This document shows positions 30,720 to 40,747 of a DNA stretch of 64,000 bases, piece by piece. The notes under the pieces are model-generated. The model saw only the letters and a program-made list of their open reading frames with translations. It ran no database searches and was not told the origin of the DNA. This DNA comes from Candidatus Nomurabacteria bacterium (lineage in GTDB: Bacteria > Patescibacteriota > Minisyncoccia > Phycocordibacterales > UBA2100). The position numbers were made by a program, and so were the translations under genes. Each line of letters begins with the position of its first letter. Positions within the stretch are counted from its first letter, which is position 1. Location: contig CALRHH010000003.1 of assembly GCA_943359395.1 (NCBI GenBank), positions 24,846-88,845 of the forward strand, read 5' to 3'.

Positions 30720-32210
30720 CTATTTTTGTTTCGTGCTCGTCGCATACAATTCCGGATGAATGTACATGCCCTGCGCATACGGGGCGCCCGCGCCTTTCTG
30801 TACTTCCGGAATTATTGGATTCGCGAGGATGTACGGGTCGTGCCGCACGCCGGTCACCATCCAGCTCACCTCTCCGCCAGGGCTCCCGCCCGCGATGGTG
30901 AAAACCGGAGTGCCTAACAATCCGAGAAAGCGCGGTTTTACCTTAACCGAAAGATGCAAATCCGGCATCGCAACCTCAATTGGCGTTGCGAAATAGCGGA
31001 AGTCTTTGTTGAGCGGCAAAAAATAGGTTGGCAGAGATATTGTCGCCTTGCCGGCATCATCGAGCGTCGCGCGGCCGACGTACACATTCATCACCTCCGG
31101 TGATTCCACGAACGAGTGGTAGAGCAATTTGTTCTTCGGGTCGAGCGGATGGTCGATAACGAACGAGCCTGAGCTCTTGGAGAGCGCGCCGGTGATATTG
31201 AGGTCGCCGTTGATAGTAACGGCCTTGTTGATAGTGAGTGTGGGCGACGCCGTCGTGAAGTTCTGAATGCTTCCGTATCCGGTGCCGTTGGAGTTGGTCG
31301 CATAGGCGCGTACGTAGTATGTGGTGCCCGTCGACAACGATGAGACGGCCCCGCTAAAAGAGCCTGTCCCCGATTTCGAGCCGAGCGTCGTGGTCGCAAT
31401 GACGGTCGTGAGCGTCGAAACAGTACCGTAAGCAAATCCGTGTTGTGTCGCGTCCGAACCGTTGGTCGCGGCAATGGAGCCGTTGAGCGTCGCACTGTTT
31501 ATCGTCACACCCGAAGCGGCCGAGGTGGTCACGGTGGGTGCAGCGGGGTCCGTCCACGTAATGGAGACGGAGCCCTTGGTGCCTGCATTGCCAGCGGTGC
31601 CCGACGCTGCACACCCCGCGCTTGTCCCTCCGCCGCCAGGGGTCCCTCCGTTTCCGACGGTGACCGTTATGCCCGCGCCCGGGGTAAGTTGGCCTACGGA
31701 GTAGGTTTTTACCGCTTTCCCTCCGGCAGCGCCATTCCCGCCAGTGCCGCCGCCGGGAAGTTGTTGACAATCTGGGTTTGCTGTAAAACCGCCGCCACCG
31801 CCGGTGCCGCCGCCTGCCCCTGCCCCTGTAGTGTTCGTGTCGCCGCCAGAAGCAGTGCCGCTGGAACCGTTGGAACCGGTACTTCCGGCACTAGAACCGC
31901 CGCCGCCATCTTGCGTGCCGCCGCCACCGCCGGTGCCGAAGCCGCCGCCGTTACCGATAACGTTGCCGTTGAAAGACACGGTTCCTCCTGATGTCCCCGC
32001 AGAACCATCCCCGCCGTTACCATAGAAAATATATGCCCCTCCACCGCCGCCTCCACCGCCGCCACCAGACCCGTTCACCGTGACGGTGAGCGACACGTAC
32101 GTTGGCACAGTAAAGGTGCCGCTTGAGGTGAAATTCTGCGAACCAGCAAAGGCAAGCGCAGGCAATGCGAAAAGTAGCAGCATTAGAAAAAGCACTCGCG
32201 CTTTCGGCAT
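30720..32210 (-). CDS. Secreted glycine-rich protein with FnIII-like domain and shared C-terminal domain
   Basis: Same N-term as 28938..30179; PTVTT...SATLNG...LSTGTTYYVRAYATNSNGTGYG FnIII-like module. Confidence 0.75.
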   Translation of the reverse strand: MPKARVLFLMLLLFALPALAFAGSQNFTSSGTFTVPTYVSLTVTVNGSGGGGGGGGGGAYIFYGNGGDGSAGTSGGTVSFNGNVIGNGGGFGTGGGGGTQDGGGGSSAGSTGSNGSSGTASGGDTNTTGAGAGGGTGGGGGFTANPDCQQLPGGGTGGNGAAGGKAVKTYSVGQLTPGAGITVTVGNGGTPGGGGTSAGCAASGTAGNAGTKGSVSITWTDPAAPTVTTSAASGVTINSATLNGSIAATNGSDATQHGFAYGTVSTLTTVIATTTLGSKSGTGSFSGAVSSLSTGTTYYVRAYATNSNGTGYGSIQNFTTASPTLTINKAVTINGDLNITGALSKSSGSFVIDHPLDPKNKLLYHSFVESPEVMNVYVGRATLDDAGKATISLPTYFLPLNKDFRYFATPIEVAMPDLHLSVKVKPRFLGLLGTPVFTIAGGSPGGEVSWMVTGVRHDPYILANPIIPEVQKGAGAPYAQGMYIHPELYATSTKQK

Positions 32211-32256
32211 CGATTTATTCTATCACTCGCCCGCTCCGGAAGGATGCGGGTGTTAC

Positions 32257-34398
32257 TTACTTCCTGCTTGCGATAACGAGGTCGGCAGCACTCTTCGGGA
32301 CAATCGCGTAGTGGCTGAATTCGAGGTTGGGGACGCCGCGGCCTTCGGTAAGGGATCGGAGCTGTGTGGTAAATCCAAACAATTCTGAAAGCGGCACTTT
32401 GGCCGTGATGACGCGTGCTTGTCCGCGCTCGCCCATCGCCTCGATAGCACCACGCTTCGAATTAATCATGCCGGTCACGTCACCCATGAACTTCTCAGGG
32501 ACAACGACTTCCAATTTCATGATTGGTTCGAGCAATACCGGCTTCGCTTTTTGCATAGCCTCTTGCATCGCGTTGATAGCCGCGAGCTTGAATGCGATTT
32601 CAGATGAGTCTACGTCGTGATACGAGCCGTCGTACAGCTCGACGGAAATGTCGACGACGGGGAATCCCGCTTGGATGCCACGCTCCATCGCTTCGATAAG
32701 ACCCTTTTTTACCGGCTGGATGTATTCCTGCGGAATGACGCCTCCTTTGATGTTGTTGATGAATTCGAAATGGTCTTCGCGGTCCACGTTGTTTTTGAGT
32801 TTCTTGCCTTCCTCCAACGGCTCCAATGGCTTGATGCGAATCTTGACGTGACCGTATTGGCCGCGACCTCCTGTCTGCTTGATGTGTTTGTATTCGACAT
32901 CCGCGGTGCCTTGAATGGTTTCGCGGTACGCGACCTGCGGCTTGCCCGTCGTTGCCTGCACGCCGAATTCGCGCTTCATGCGGTCAACGATAATTTCCAA
33001 GTGGAGCTCGCCCATTCCCGATACGATGGTTTCCATCGTTTCAGGGTCCGACTTGATGCGGAAGGTCGGATCTTCGTCGGAAAGCTTCGAGAGTGCCATA
33101 CCCATTTTCTCTTGGTCTGCTTTTGTGTTTGGCTCGATGCGCATTGAGACCACTGGCTCTGGGAATACGATTGATTCGAGTGCGATTGGGTGCGCGACGT
33201 CACAGAGAGTATGGCCGATTTTCACTTCTTTCATACCGACAGCTGCAGCGATTTCTCCTGCATAGACCGTCTTCACATCTTCACGCTTATCAGCCTGCAA
33301 GCGCACGATGCGTCCGACGCGTTCCTTCTTGTTGTTGGCAGAGTTGTATACCGTATCGCCGGCTGTGAATGTGCCTGAGTACACGCGGAAGAACGAAAGC
33401 TGTCCCACGAATGGGTCGGTCTGGATTTTGAAAACGAGTGCAGCGAAGGGAGCCTCATCGGATGCAGGACGAGTCTCTTCTGCGCCTGTATCCGTATTGA
33501 TGCCTTTTGATTCCGGCATGTCCTTCGGGCACGGGAGGTAATCCACGACCGCATCGAGTACGAGCTGCACGCCTTTGTTTTTGAGTGATGAGCCCGTGAG
33601 TACGGGGAAGATTTTGTTGGCGATGACACCCTTGCGAAGTGTCTTGCGGAGTGTTTCGAGTGGAATCTCTTTTCCATCCAAGAATTCAGCCATGACCGCA
33701 TCGTCATTCTCGACAATTCTCTCCACGAGCTCTGCGCGATACTTGTTCGCATCGGCCATCATGTCTGCGGGAATGTCATATGCAATGACATTTTTTCCCA
33801 TCTCTCCTTCAAATTTGTATGCCTTCATTGAGAGCAGGTCGATGATTCCCTCGAATTTATCTTCAAGTCCTATTGGGAGTTGGAATCGAACTGCCTTGTT
33901 TGAAAGCCGGTCCAAGATGCTTGCGTATGACTTTTCAAAAGATGCACCCGTGCGGTCGAGCTTGTTGATGTAGCAGATGCGGGGCACATTCGCCTCTTCT
34001 GCGTAACGCCAGTTGGTCTCGGATTGCGGCTCGACGCCGGCGACGCCGTCGAAGACGACAACTGCACCATCAAGCACGCGCATTGAACGCTTCACTTCTG
34101 AAGTAAAGTCGATGTGTCCAGGGGTGTCGATGATATTGAAACGGACTTTTTCGGAGAGGTCGGTGCCCATGTACGAGGGGTTCCAGAAACACGTGATGGC
34201 GGCGGCGGTGATGGTGATACCGCGCTCGCGCTCTTGTTCCATCCAGTCGGTGACTGTGTTGCCTTCGTGTACCTCACCGATTTTGTGCGACTCGCCTGTG
34301 TAATACAAAATACGCTCGGATGTGGTCGTTTTGCCCGCATCCACGTGCGCCACTATCCCAAAATTTCTCACCTTCTCCAACGGGTAATCTCTACTCAT
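32257..34398 (-). CDS. fusA: Elongation factor G
   Basis: AHVDAGKTT, ERGITI, DTPGHIDF, GMGELHLE, LLEPIM. Confidence 0.99.
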   Translation of the reverse strand: MSRDYPLEKVRNFGIVAHVDAGKTTTSERILYYTGESHKIGEVHEGNTVTDWMEQERERGITITAAAITCFWNPSYMGTDLSEKVRFNIIDTPGHIDFTSEVKRSMRVLDGAVVVFDGVAGVEPQSETNWRYAEEANVPRICYINKLDRTGASFEKSYASILDRLSNKAVRFQLPIGLEDKFEGIIDLLSMKAYKFEGEMGKNVIAYDIPADMMADANKYRAELVERIVENDDAVMAEFLDGKEIPLETLRKTLRKGVIANKIFPVLTGSSLKNKGVQLVLDAVVDYLPCPKDMPESKGINTDTGAEETRPASDEAPFAALVFKIQTDPFVGQLSFFRVYSGTFTAGDTVYNSANNKKERVGRIVRLQADKREDVKTVYAGEIAAAVGMKEVKIGHTLCDVAHPIALESIVFPEPVVSMRIEPNTKADQEKMGMALSKLSDEDPTFRIKSDPETMETIVSGMGELHLEIIVDRMKREFGVQATTGKPQVAYRETIQGTADVEYKHIKQTGGRGQYGHVKIRIKPLEPLEEGKKLKNNVDREDHFEFINNIKGGVIPQEYIQPVKKGLIEAMERGIQAGFPVVDISVELYDGSYHDVDSSEIAFKLAAINAMQEAMQKAKPVLLEPIMKLEVVVPEKFMGDVTGMINSKRGAIEAMGERGQARVITAKVPLSELFGFTTQLRSLTEGRGVPNLEFSHYAIVPKSAADLVIASRK

Positions 34399-34672
34399 AT
34401 TTTGATGCGGGGTTAGCGACGACCTGCCCCGTAGTCAACGCGCAGCGTTGTACTACTGGGGTGCCGAAATTTCGTACTTTTTCGAGTGGGTAATCGCGTG
34501 ACATATCTTTAAATAAAAACGCCGCAAACGGCGTTGCACTAATGTAACGGAAATCGGAGTGAAAAGCAATCTTCTCGACACACTCAAGCCTATACTATAT
34601 AAATCCGATAGGACTGGTCCTGGTCCTGCACTACCAAATCCCTGTACAACCAAGACATAAAGGAGGAGACCG

Positions 34673-35215
34673 GTGAATATTCGAAACCCGCCTACAGTGC
34701 GCCTGTTCCCGAAACAAGCCGCTTATAATGCGTTCGACCTGCTTGCTTACGCGAATCTAGAATTCGGCGATGACGTCCCGCCCCTTCCTCTGCCCCCGAT
34801 GCTGATGCTTCACCGCATCATCGACATCAACGAGGTCGGCGGCAAGGACGGCAAAGGTTGCGCCGTTGCCGAATACGATGTACGGCCCGACGACTTCTAC
34901 TTCAAGTACCACTTCAAGAACAACCCGCTTATGCCCGGGGTCTATGGCCTCGATAGCGTGCTCCAGCTTGCGGGCTTCATGTTGGCGTGGACGGGCCCCC
35001 GCGGCGACGGTATGGCGGTTGGTGTTGACGGAGTAAAATTCCGCAACAAGATCACCCCGGACTCCGCTACCATCCGTATCGGCGTCGAGGTCAAGCAGAT
35101 TAGGCCCGGAAAAACTTCTATTATCCGGGCTTCCGGCTGGGTCAGAGACAGCACCAAGCTTATCTCCGAGATGGATGAGGTTGTGGTCGGCGTGGTAGCC
35201 AGAAAGGCCGCGTGA
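34673..35215 (+). CDS. fabA: FabA-like 3-hydroxyacyl-ACP dehydratase/isomerase
   Basis: LPLPPMLMLHRI...GGKDGKG...HFKNNPLMPGVYGLD..QLAGF.LAW; His/Asp dyad; AAGGAGG SD. Confidence 0.8.
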   Translation: MNIRNPPTVRLFPKQAAYNAFDLLAYANLEFGDDVPPLPLPPMLMLHRIIDINEVGGKDGKGCAVAEYDVRPDDFYFKYHFKNNPLMPGVYGLDSVLQLAGFMLAWTGPRGDGMAVGVDGVKFRNKITPDSATIRIGVEVKQIRPGKTSIIRASGWVRDSTKLISEMDEVVVGVVARKAA

Positions 35216-35287
35216 CGCGCTTGTGCGTGACGCACAACGCGGACGGGGAATGTTTTCCCGCCCGCGTTTGCTATTTATACTGAGAAA

Positions 35288-35749
35288 TTACCACGCGAAG
35301 TGGGCGAACGCTTTGTTTGCCTCAGCCATTCTGTGAGTCGTTTCTTTCTTAGTGACCGCGGCCCCTTCACCCTTATGCGCAGCTTGAATTTCAGCGAGAA
35401 GACTCTCGTGCATTGGCTTGCCCTTGGTACCTTCGGCAGCTTCTACAATCCAGCGCATACCGAGTGCCATTTTGCGAGCCGGATTCACTTCGCGCGGAAC
35501 CTGATAGTTGGCACCACCGACACGGCGTGAGCGTACTTCTACGGCAGGAGAGGCTTTTTCGAGCGCCTCTTCAAGAATGAGAAGGGGGTCCCCTTCTTTC
35601 TTCAATTCATCCATCACCCTGTAGACGATTTTGCGGGCAGTATCTTTTTTTCCGCACTCCATTACGTAGTTAATGAGCTTGGCAACCTTGAAAGAGCCGT
35701 AGACTTCGTCCGGCTGAGGCTGTTTTCTATTTTTGATAGGGCGTCGCAT
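35288..35749 (-). CDS. rpsG: 30S ribosomal protein S7
   Basis: EVRSRRVGGANYQVP, HRMAEANKAFAHF. Confidence 0.98.
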   Translation of the reverse strand: MRRPIKNRKQPQPDEVYGSFKVAKLINYVMECGKKDTARKIVYRVMDELKKEGDPLLILEEALEKASPAVEVRSRRVGGANYQVPREVNPARKMALGMRWIVEAAEGTKGKPMHESLLAEIQAAHKGEGAAVTKKETTHRMAEANKAFAHFAW

Positions 35750-35754
35750 AAAAA

Positions 35755-36171
35755 TTACTTGGCAGCTTTCGGTTTCTTTGCACCGTAGTTCGAACGGCCA
35801 CGACGGCGTTTCTCTACACCCGTAGCATCCAATTTTCCGCGAACGATAGTGTAGCGTACGCCGATGTCCTTCACGCGACCGCCGCGGATAAGGACAACTG
35901 AGTGCTCTTGCAGATTGTGGCCTTCTCCTGGGATGTAAGCGGTAACTTCCATGCCGTTGGTGAGGCGTACGCGGGCGATTTTACGGATTGCAGAGTTTGG
36001 TTTGCGAGGCGTCTTTGTAGTAACACGGGTGCAAACGCCGCGCTTAAAAGGAGCTGCATAGAATGAAGGTCGATTCTGGAGCGTATTGAAACCGCGCGAA
36101 AGCGCGATGGTCTTCGTGCGCCACGTCTTTTTGACTCGACTCTTGCGCGTAAGCTGATTTATCGTAGACAT
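35755..36171 (-). CDS. rpsL: 30S ribosomal protein S12
   Basis: [31 protein letters not shown]. Confidence 0.98.
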   Translation of the reverse strand: MSTINQLTRKSRVKKTWRTKTIALSRGFNTLQNRPSFYAAPFKRGVCTRVTTKTPRKPNSAIRKIARVRLTNGMEVTAYIPGEGHNLQEHSVVLIRGGRVKDIGVRYTIVRGKLDATGVEKRRRGRSNYGAKKPKAAK

Positions 36172-36232
36172 GTTTACTCTGAGCTCGTCGAACGAGCAAA
36201 TGAAAACTCCCAGAGGGAGTCCGAGGAGTGTA

Positions 36233-36330
36233 CCCCATGAGATAAAAAAGTCCAGCGTTTTGAGTACAGCAGCTTACCAACAAGCTCAATATGACCATGA
36301 GTATCATCGGATAAATCATATCTCACGGGG
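36233..36330. mobile_element. MITE-like element copy 1 (98 bp), TSD TGTA
   Basis: TGTA|CCCCATGAGATA...TATCTCACGGGG|TGTA. Confidence 0.75.
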
Positions 36331-36413
36331 TGTACTACCTGCATTGCGCGAGCGCAAGCTTTCGTATAGATTTCGGGCTGCGTTGGTCGCATTGAAGCAT
36401 TTGGGAGGACAAA

Positions 36414-36689
36414 ATGAGCGGAAGACAACATCTACAGGTAAACGTGACGGCTGGTCCCAACGGAATGAATTACACTGCCAATCGACTTCCCCCTGGCGAA
36501 AAGCTTGTCGCCACTCTGAAGTACGAGCGGGCACCGAAGGGAAATGCCTGGCTTCTTGAACAAGCCGTGACAACGGGAGCCACGATATTCGAACGAAAAC
36601 CGTCCGACGAAAAGACCGTTGTGTCCTACAACCGTATCGATGTGTGCATTGACGAGTTTGTAAGACGACCTGAGCAAGCGAAAAGATAA
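36414..36689 (+). CDS. Small hypothetical protein (91 aa)
   Basis: GGAGG SD 5 nt before ATG; followed by strong hairpin at 36717..36750. Confidence 0.6.
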   Translation: MSGRQHLQVNVTAGPNGMNYTANRLPPGEKLVATLKYERAPKGNAWLLEQAVTTGATIFERKPSDEKTVVSYNRIDVCIDEFVRRPEQAKR

Positions 36690-36754
36690 TCCACCCGCAT
36701 GTGAGGCGAAGGGGAATAAAACGCGCCGTCCAGTGTGGACGGCGCGTTTATGTT

Positions 36755-37375
36755 TTAGACACCCGTAATTGCGTGGGCGATTCCGTATACGAGGGTGCCA
36801 AAGGCTCCTCCCAAAACAACGATGAGGAGGAGAACGATTCCGAAACCGAGGAAGGGATTTTGTTCCATGCGGTCGCGAAGTGCATCGTACCCAAAACTCT
36901 TCGGGAGAAGGCTCGACAAAATCTTCGAACCGTCGAGTGGGGGTACGGGGATAAGGTTAAGAAGCATGAGCGAGACGTTGATAGCGACGATGTAGAGGAG
37001 AACACCTGCTGTGTCGGGGAAAATATTCAGGCGTATGACGAGACTCGTAATGAGTGCAATCACGAGGTTTGATGCGGGCCCAGCCGCAGCCACTATGGCT
37101 TCCCCCCAGCGAGGTGAACGAAAAAGGTTGTAGGGATTATAGGGAACGGGCTTCGCCCAGCCGAAAATAAAACCCCCGGGAGAGAGTGCGCAAAGGACAG
37201 GGAGAAGGATCGAGCCAAAAACGTCGATGTGCGGAATCGGATTGAGGGTGAGACGCCCCGCATATCGGGCGGTCGGGTCTCCGAGCGCGTCGGCCGCGAC
37301 GCCGTGCATCACCTCGTGGATGATGACCGAGAAGATGATTATCACTACTACGAAAACGGTGTCGAGAAATTCCAT
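36755..37375 (-). CDS. Site-2 protease (peptidase M50)
   Basis: HEVMH, RLTLNPIPH, AAGPASN, NLIPVPPLDGSK. Confidence 0.92.
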   Translation of the reverse strand: MEFLDTVFVVVIIIFSVIIHEVMHGVAADALGDPTARYAGRLTLNPIPHIDVFGSILLPVLCALSPGGFIFGWAKPVPYNPYNLFRSPRWGEAIVAAAGPASNLVIALITSLVIRLNIFPDTAGVLLYIVAINVSLMLLNLIPVPPLDGSKILSSLLPKSFGYDALRDRMEQNPFLGFGIVLLLIVVLGGAFGTLVYGIAHAITGV

Positions 37376-37447
37376 ATGTTGAGAAATACTAACATATAGT
37401 TGTTTCCGTTGCGTTTGCTTCCACGCAGTGCTAAGATGCCGCGACAT

Positions 37448-37690
37448 ATGGCTCGTGTTTGCGACATAACAGGCAAAAGCTCACAGGTAGGCGGTGGGTA
37501 TTCCAACCGCGTCCGCGCGACCAAATTCAACCCGACAGGCAAACGCCGTCGCCAAGTTAACCTCCAGAAGAAAACTCTTTTCATTCCTGAACTCGGCAAG
37601 AAAGTGACTGTGCGTGTTTCTGCAAAAGGACTCAAGACTATGAAGAAGCGCGGGGCGTTTCTCACACTCAAGAAAGCTGGCCTCGTATAG
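37448..37690 (+). CDS. rpmB: 50S ribosomal protein L28
   Basis: MARVCDITGK...NLQKK...VRVSAKGLKT; terminator at ~37709..37739. Confidence 0.92.
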   Translation: MARVCDITGKSSQVGGGYSNRVRATKFNPTGKRRRQVNLQKKTLFIPELGKKVTVRVSAKGLKTMKKRGAFLTLKKAGLV

Positions 37691-37758
37691 CTCTCCAAAG
37701 CAAAAAACAAGAGCCCGGGGGTCGCCCCGGGCTCTTTTTCACGCCAATCCAGACTAGG

Positions 37759-39006
37759 TCAGGTCGGATTCGTTGCACGTCTCATCAGACGCGGAACTAC
37801 CGCCAGAATCAGGATTGCTGCCAGAATATCGAGACTGGCTCCGATCCAGAGCAATTGCTCCCAGGTTACGAGCTTTCCCTTCACGAGGTAACTCGACGCC
37901 CAAGGTGCGATCGCGCCGAACCCTTTCGCGGTGTACAGCAGACAGAAGATTGCGGCGATGTTACGCTTTCTGAACATATCGCCGATGAGCGCTGGGAACA
38001 GGCCGAAAATCTCACCGTAGGCGAAAAAGACGAGACCCGTTAACACCACGAACATCATTGGATTGTGTAGCTCGTAGGACAGCCAGACGAATCCGATCGC
38101 TTCAAGGCAAAACGCAATACCCATGGCGGGCGGACGACCTGTGCGATCGGAGAGTTTCCCGAAGAAAAGGCGAGAAAGTCCGTTCGCAAGACTGTCCAGC
38201 ATGATTGTCCATGTCAGTACCCCTTGAGTAACCCAGAGGAACGTCAGCTGAACATCTCGCATACCGAAACTAGACGCCATTGGACCTCGCTGGGCGATAA
38301 TCATCGAACCGCTCAGCGCCACGAGCACGAACGCCAGATAAACCACGACGAACGCCGCGATCCCGTGAGGAATCGAGACAATTGCGCGTTTGGATTCTTC
38401 AGATTCACGCGCAATTTCATTCTCGGGCCATGACCGCATAAAGAACGCGAGTGCGGCCACAAGGAGTCCGAGAATGATACCGAGCTTTTCGAGCGTAACC
38501 TGATATCCGAAATCGCGAATCCAATGACTGATAGGCAGGAACGGCAGAATGAAGAAGGTGCCGCCGCCATACCCAAACGCAGTCACTCCAAGCGCGATTC
38601 CCCGACTTTTACCGGGCGCCCACTTGAGGGCACTCCCGTAGCAAGCGGCGGTAAGGGCGCCCACACCGATGCCCGTGACCAACCCACCTTGCCAGAGCAA
38701 CTCCACTGATGCTGCGTGCGCTTCAGTGGAAAGTCCGACATACAACATCACCGCACCGAACAATGCGACAATGCGCGGACCGGCAAACGATCGGTCGACC
38801 AAAATACCAAGCACGCCTGTGGTCACGGCTTGCGCCATGCCAAACGTGAAGTAGGTAAATTGGATATTTGCCTTCCCCCAGCGGGTCACATCGTCAATTG
38901 GGTTGACGAATTGTGTCCACGTATATTGAGGAAAGGATGCAACCATCAACATTGCCATGCAGACAAATATCTGCACTTTTGCATTCATTGTGAGACCTTG
39001 CCTCAT
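37759..39006 (-). CDS. MFS transporter, oxalate/formate antiporter (OxlT/OFA)-like
   Basis: QYTWTQFVNP, KWAPGKSRGIALG..AFGYGGG, NGLSRLFFGKLSDRTGR, GEIFGLFPA, LYTAKG. Confidence 0.85.
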   Translation of the reverse strand: MRQGLTMNAKVQIFVCMAMLMVASFPQYTWTQFVNPIDDVTRWGKANIQFTYFTFGMAQAVTTGVLGILVDRSFAGPRIVALFGAVMLYVGLSTEAHAASVELLWQGGLVTGIGVGALTAACYGSALKWAPGKSRGIALGVTAFGYGGGTFFILPFLPISHWIRDFGYQVTLEKLGIILGLLVAALAFFMRSWPENEIARESEESKRAIVSIPHGIAAFVVVYLAFVLVALSGSMIIAQRGPMASSFGMRDVQLTFLWVTQGVLTWTIMLDSLANGLSRLFFGKLSDRTGRPPAMGIAFCLEAIGFVWLSYELHNPMMFVVLTGLVFFAYGEIFGLFPALIGDMFRKRNIAAIFCLLYTAKGFGAIAPWASSYLVKGKLVTWEQLLWIGASLDILAAILILAVVPRLMRRATNPT

Positions 39007-39102
39007 CGGTAAGCCCTTCCATGTTTCAGTTTAAGAACAACGCAGCCCACATCGTTGTAACATCCTCATTACAAGCAAACAACCTTGCTTATCGCACACC
39101 AC

Positions 39103-39960
39103 TTAGCGGATCCATAGCCGTGTACCGTCTGTCACAAACGTCACTGTCCCCTGTGCGCAAGTATCGAACGTGGGTATGTTGAATCTCACAAATCTATCCA
39201 TCACTTCCTTGCTTGGATGACCGTATTTATTATCACACCCGCGCGAAAAAACGGCGTATTCCGGAGCGACGTATCCGAGGAAGAGGTCCGATGAGGAGGT
39301 CTTGGAACCGTGGTGCCCTGCCTTTAATACATTGGAACGAAGCGCCGAACCGTCGAGTGAGACAAGATAATTCTCTATCGATTGCGGCGCATCGCACGAA
39401 AACATAAATGCCGTCGTGCCGTAGACGAGTCGCGCGACCACGCAGCCGTCGTTGGTATCGATATGCGGCATGAGCCGGTCAGGAGACAGTATTTCAAGGT
39501 ACGCGCTTCCTCCAAGTTCAATGATTTGTCCCCGCATAGCGACAATATCGCGCGCTTTCTCATCCGCAATCGTTTTGTTGAGGGCGGAGAATGTCGACGT
39601 ATCGCTTTCAACGCTGGAGTGAACAACCGCGTCCACCCGATAGCGCGCAAGGACATCAATGAGACCATTGACGTGGTCGGCATCGGGATGTGTCGGGATG
39701 ATGACGTCAATCGAACGGTCGTACCACGGAACTACTCTGGAAAGCTCCCGCAACACTTTGGTACTCGGTCCGCCGTCGATAAGCACTTGCCGACCGCTTG
39801 GTGCCTCTATGAAAATAGAATCCCCCTGACCAACATCAAGAAACGAAACCGTGAGGAGCCCATGTTGGTCTTCGCGCATCACTGCGTACCAGAGACATCC
39901 AGTAATAATGAGGAGCAAAAGTATCGTTATGCCTTTAACCTGCAGGCTCCGTCGCATCAC
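39103..39960 (-). CDS. ComEC/Rec2-type metallo-beta-lactamase domain protein
   Basis: FLDVGQGDS, IDGGP, THPDADH, KAGHHGSKTSS, NKYGHPS. Confidence 0.92.
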   Translation of the reverse strand: MMRRSLQVKGITILLLLIITGCLWYAVMREDQHGLLTVSFLDVGQGDSIFIEAPSGRQVLIDGGPSTKVLRELSRVVPWYDRSIDVIIPTHPDADHVNGLIDVLARYRVDAVVHSSVESDTSTFSALNKTIADEKARDIVAMRGQIIELGGSAYLEILSPDRLMPHIDTNDGCVVARLVYGTTAFMFSCDAPQSIENYLVSLDGSALRSNVLKAGHHGSKTSSSDLFLGYVAPEYAVFSRGCDNKYGHPSKEVMDRFVRFNIPTFDTCAQGTVTFVTDGTRLWIR

Positions 39961-40000
39961 GTAATTCTACTCTCGCAAACCAAAGTGATATAATCTACCG

Positions 40001-40600
40001 ATGCACACATACAAAGCAAAGAAATTCAACTTGCCTTCGCTCGAAGGAATCTCCGACGAATCGGTGAAGCAGCACATCGGTCTCTACGAAGGCTACGTGA
40101 AAAATTTCAACGCCATCACGAGCGCGGCAGTAGAGCTTATGGACGACAGCGAGAAAAACGCTCACGCAATCTCCGAGCTGTGGCGCCGCCGGAGCTTCGA
40201 ATTTGGCGGCATGCGACTTCACGAACACTACTTTGAGCAACTCGAAGGAGGAGCGAAGGCACCAGATACCTCAAGTTCTTTCTGGCAGCAGATCGCGGCA
40301 GAATTTCCTATGAACGGAGAAGGTCAGCCCCAGCTCGTACTGAAAAACATCGGCAACATGCGCGGCCCAGGGTGGGCAATTCTCTATTGGGATTCTGTCG
40401 GCAGATGCTTCCAAACAGGCTTCACGGGTGAACAACATCAGGGGCACTTCGTCACACTCCCCATTATCCTCGCGCTCGACGTATGGGAGCATGCATTTCT
40501 ACTCGACTACGGCACCACAGGCAAAGGCAAATACATTGACGCATTCTTCAAGAATCTGAATTGGGGGGTTATTGAGAAGAGGTTCGCGGAGGTGAGATGA
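40001..40600 (+). CDS. sod: Fe/Mn superoxide dismutase family protein
   Basis: QHIGLYEGYV, LHEHYF, LDVWEHAF, YIDAFFKNLNW. Confidence 0.88.
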   Translation: MHTYKAKKFNLPSLEGISDESVKQHIGLYEGYVKNFNAITSAAVELMDDSEKNAHAISELWRRRSFEFGGMRLHEHYFEQLEGGAKAPDTSSSFWQQIAAEFPMNGEGQPQLVLKNIGNMRGPGWAILYWDSVGRCFQTGFTGEQHQGHFVTLPIILALDVWEHAFLLDYGTTGKGKYIDAFFKNLNWGVIEKRFAEVR

Positions 40601-40603
40601 CAG

Positions 40604-40682
40604 CCCTTCGACAAGCATAGGGTACTTCATCTCGCTTAATCTTGTGGTGTTTACACTGAGCGAGCACAGCGAGTCGAAGTGT
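40604..40682. repeat. Pair of REP-like imperfect palindromes
   Basis: CCCTTCGACAAGCATAGGG (40604..40622) and ACACTGAGCGAGCACAGCGAGTCGAAGTGT (40653..40682), inverted CTTCGAC/GTCGAAG cores. Confidence 0.5.
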
Positions 40683-40747
40683 GGAGAAGGTGCTTGCACC
40701 CCCTTGGGCATGGTATCCTTTAGACATTAGGATAATATATATACATT

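Noticed and set aside
28938-32210. Prophage or DGR target region
   Set aside because: The proteins have Sec signals; no capsid, terminase, integrase or reverse transcriptase is present, and the repeats are not adenine-specific variants.
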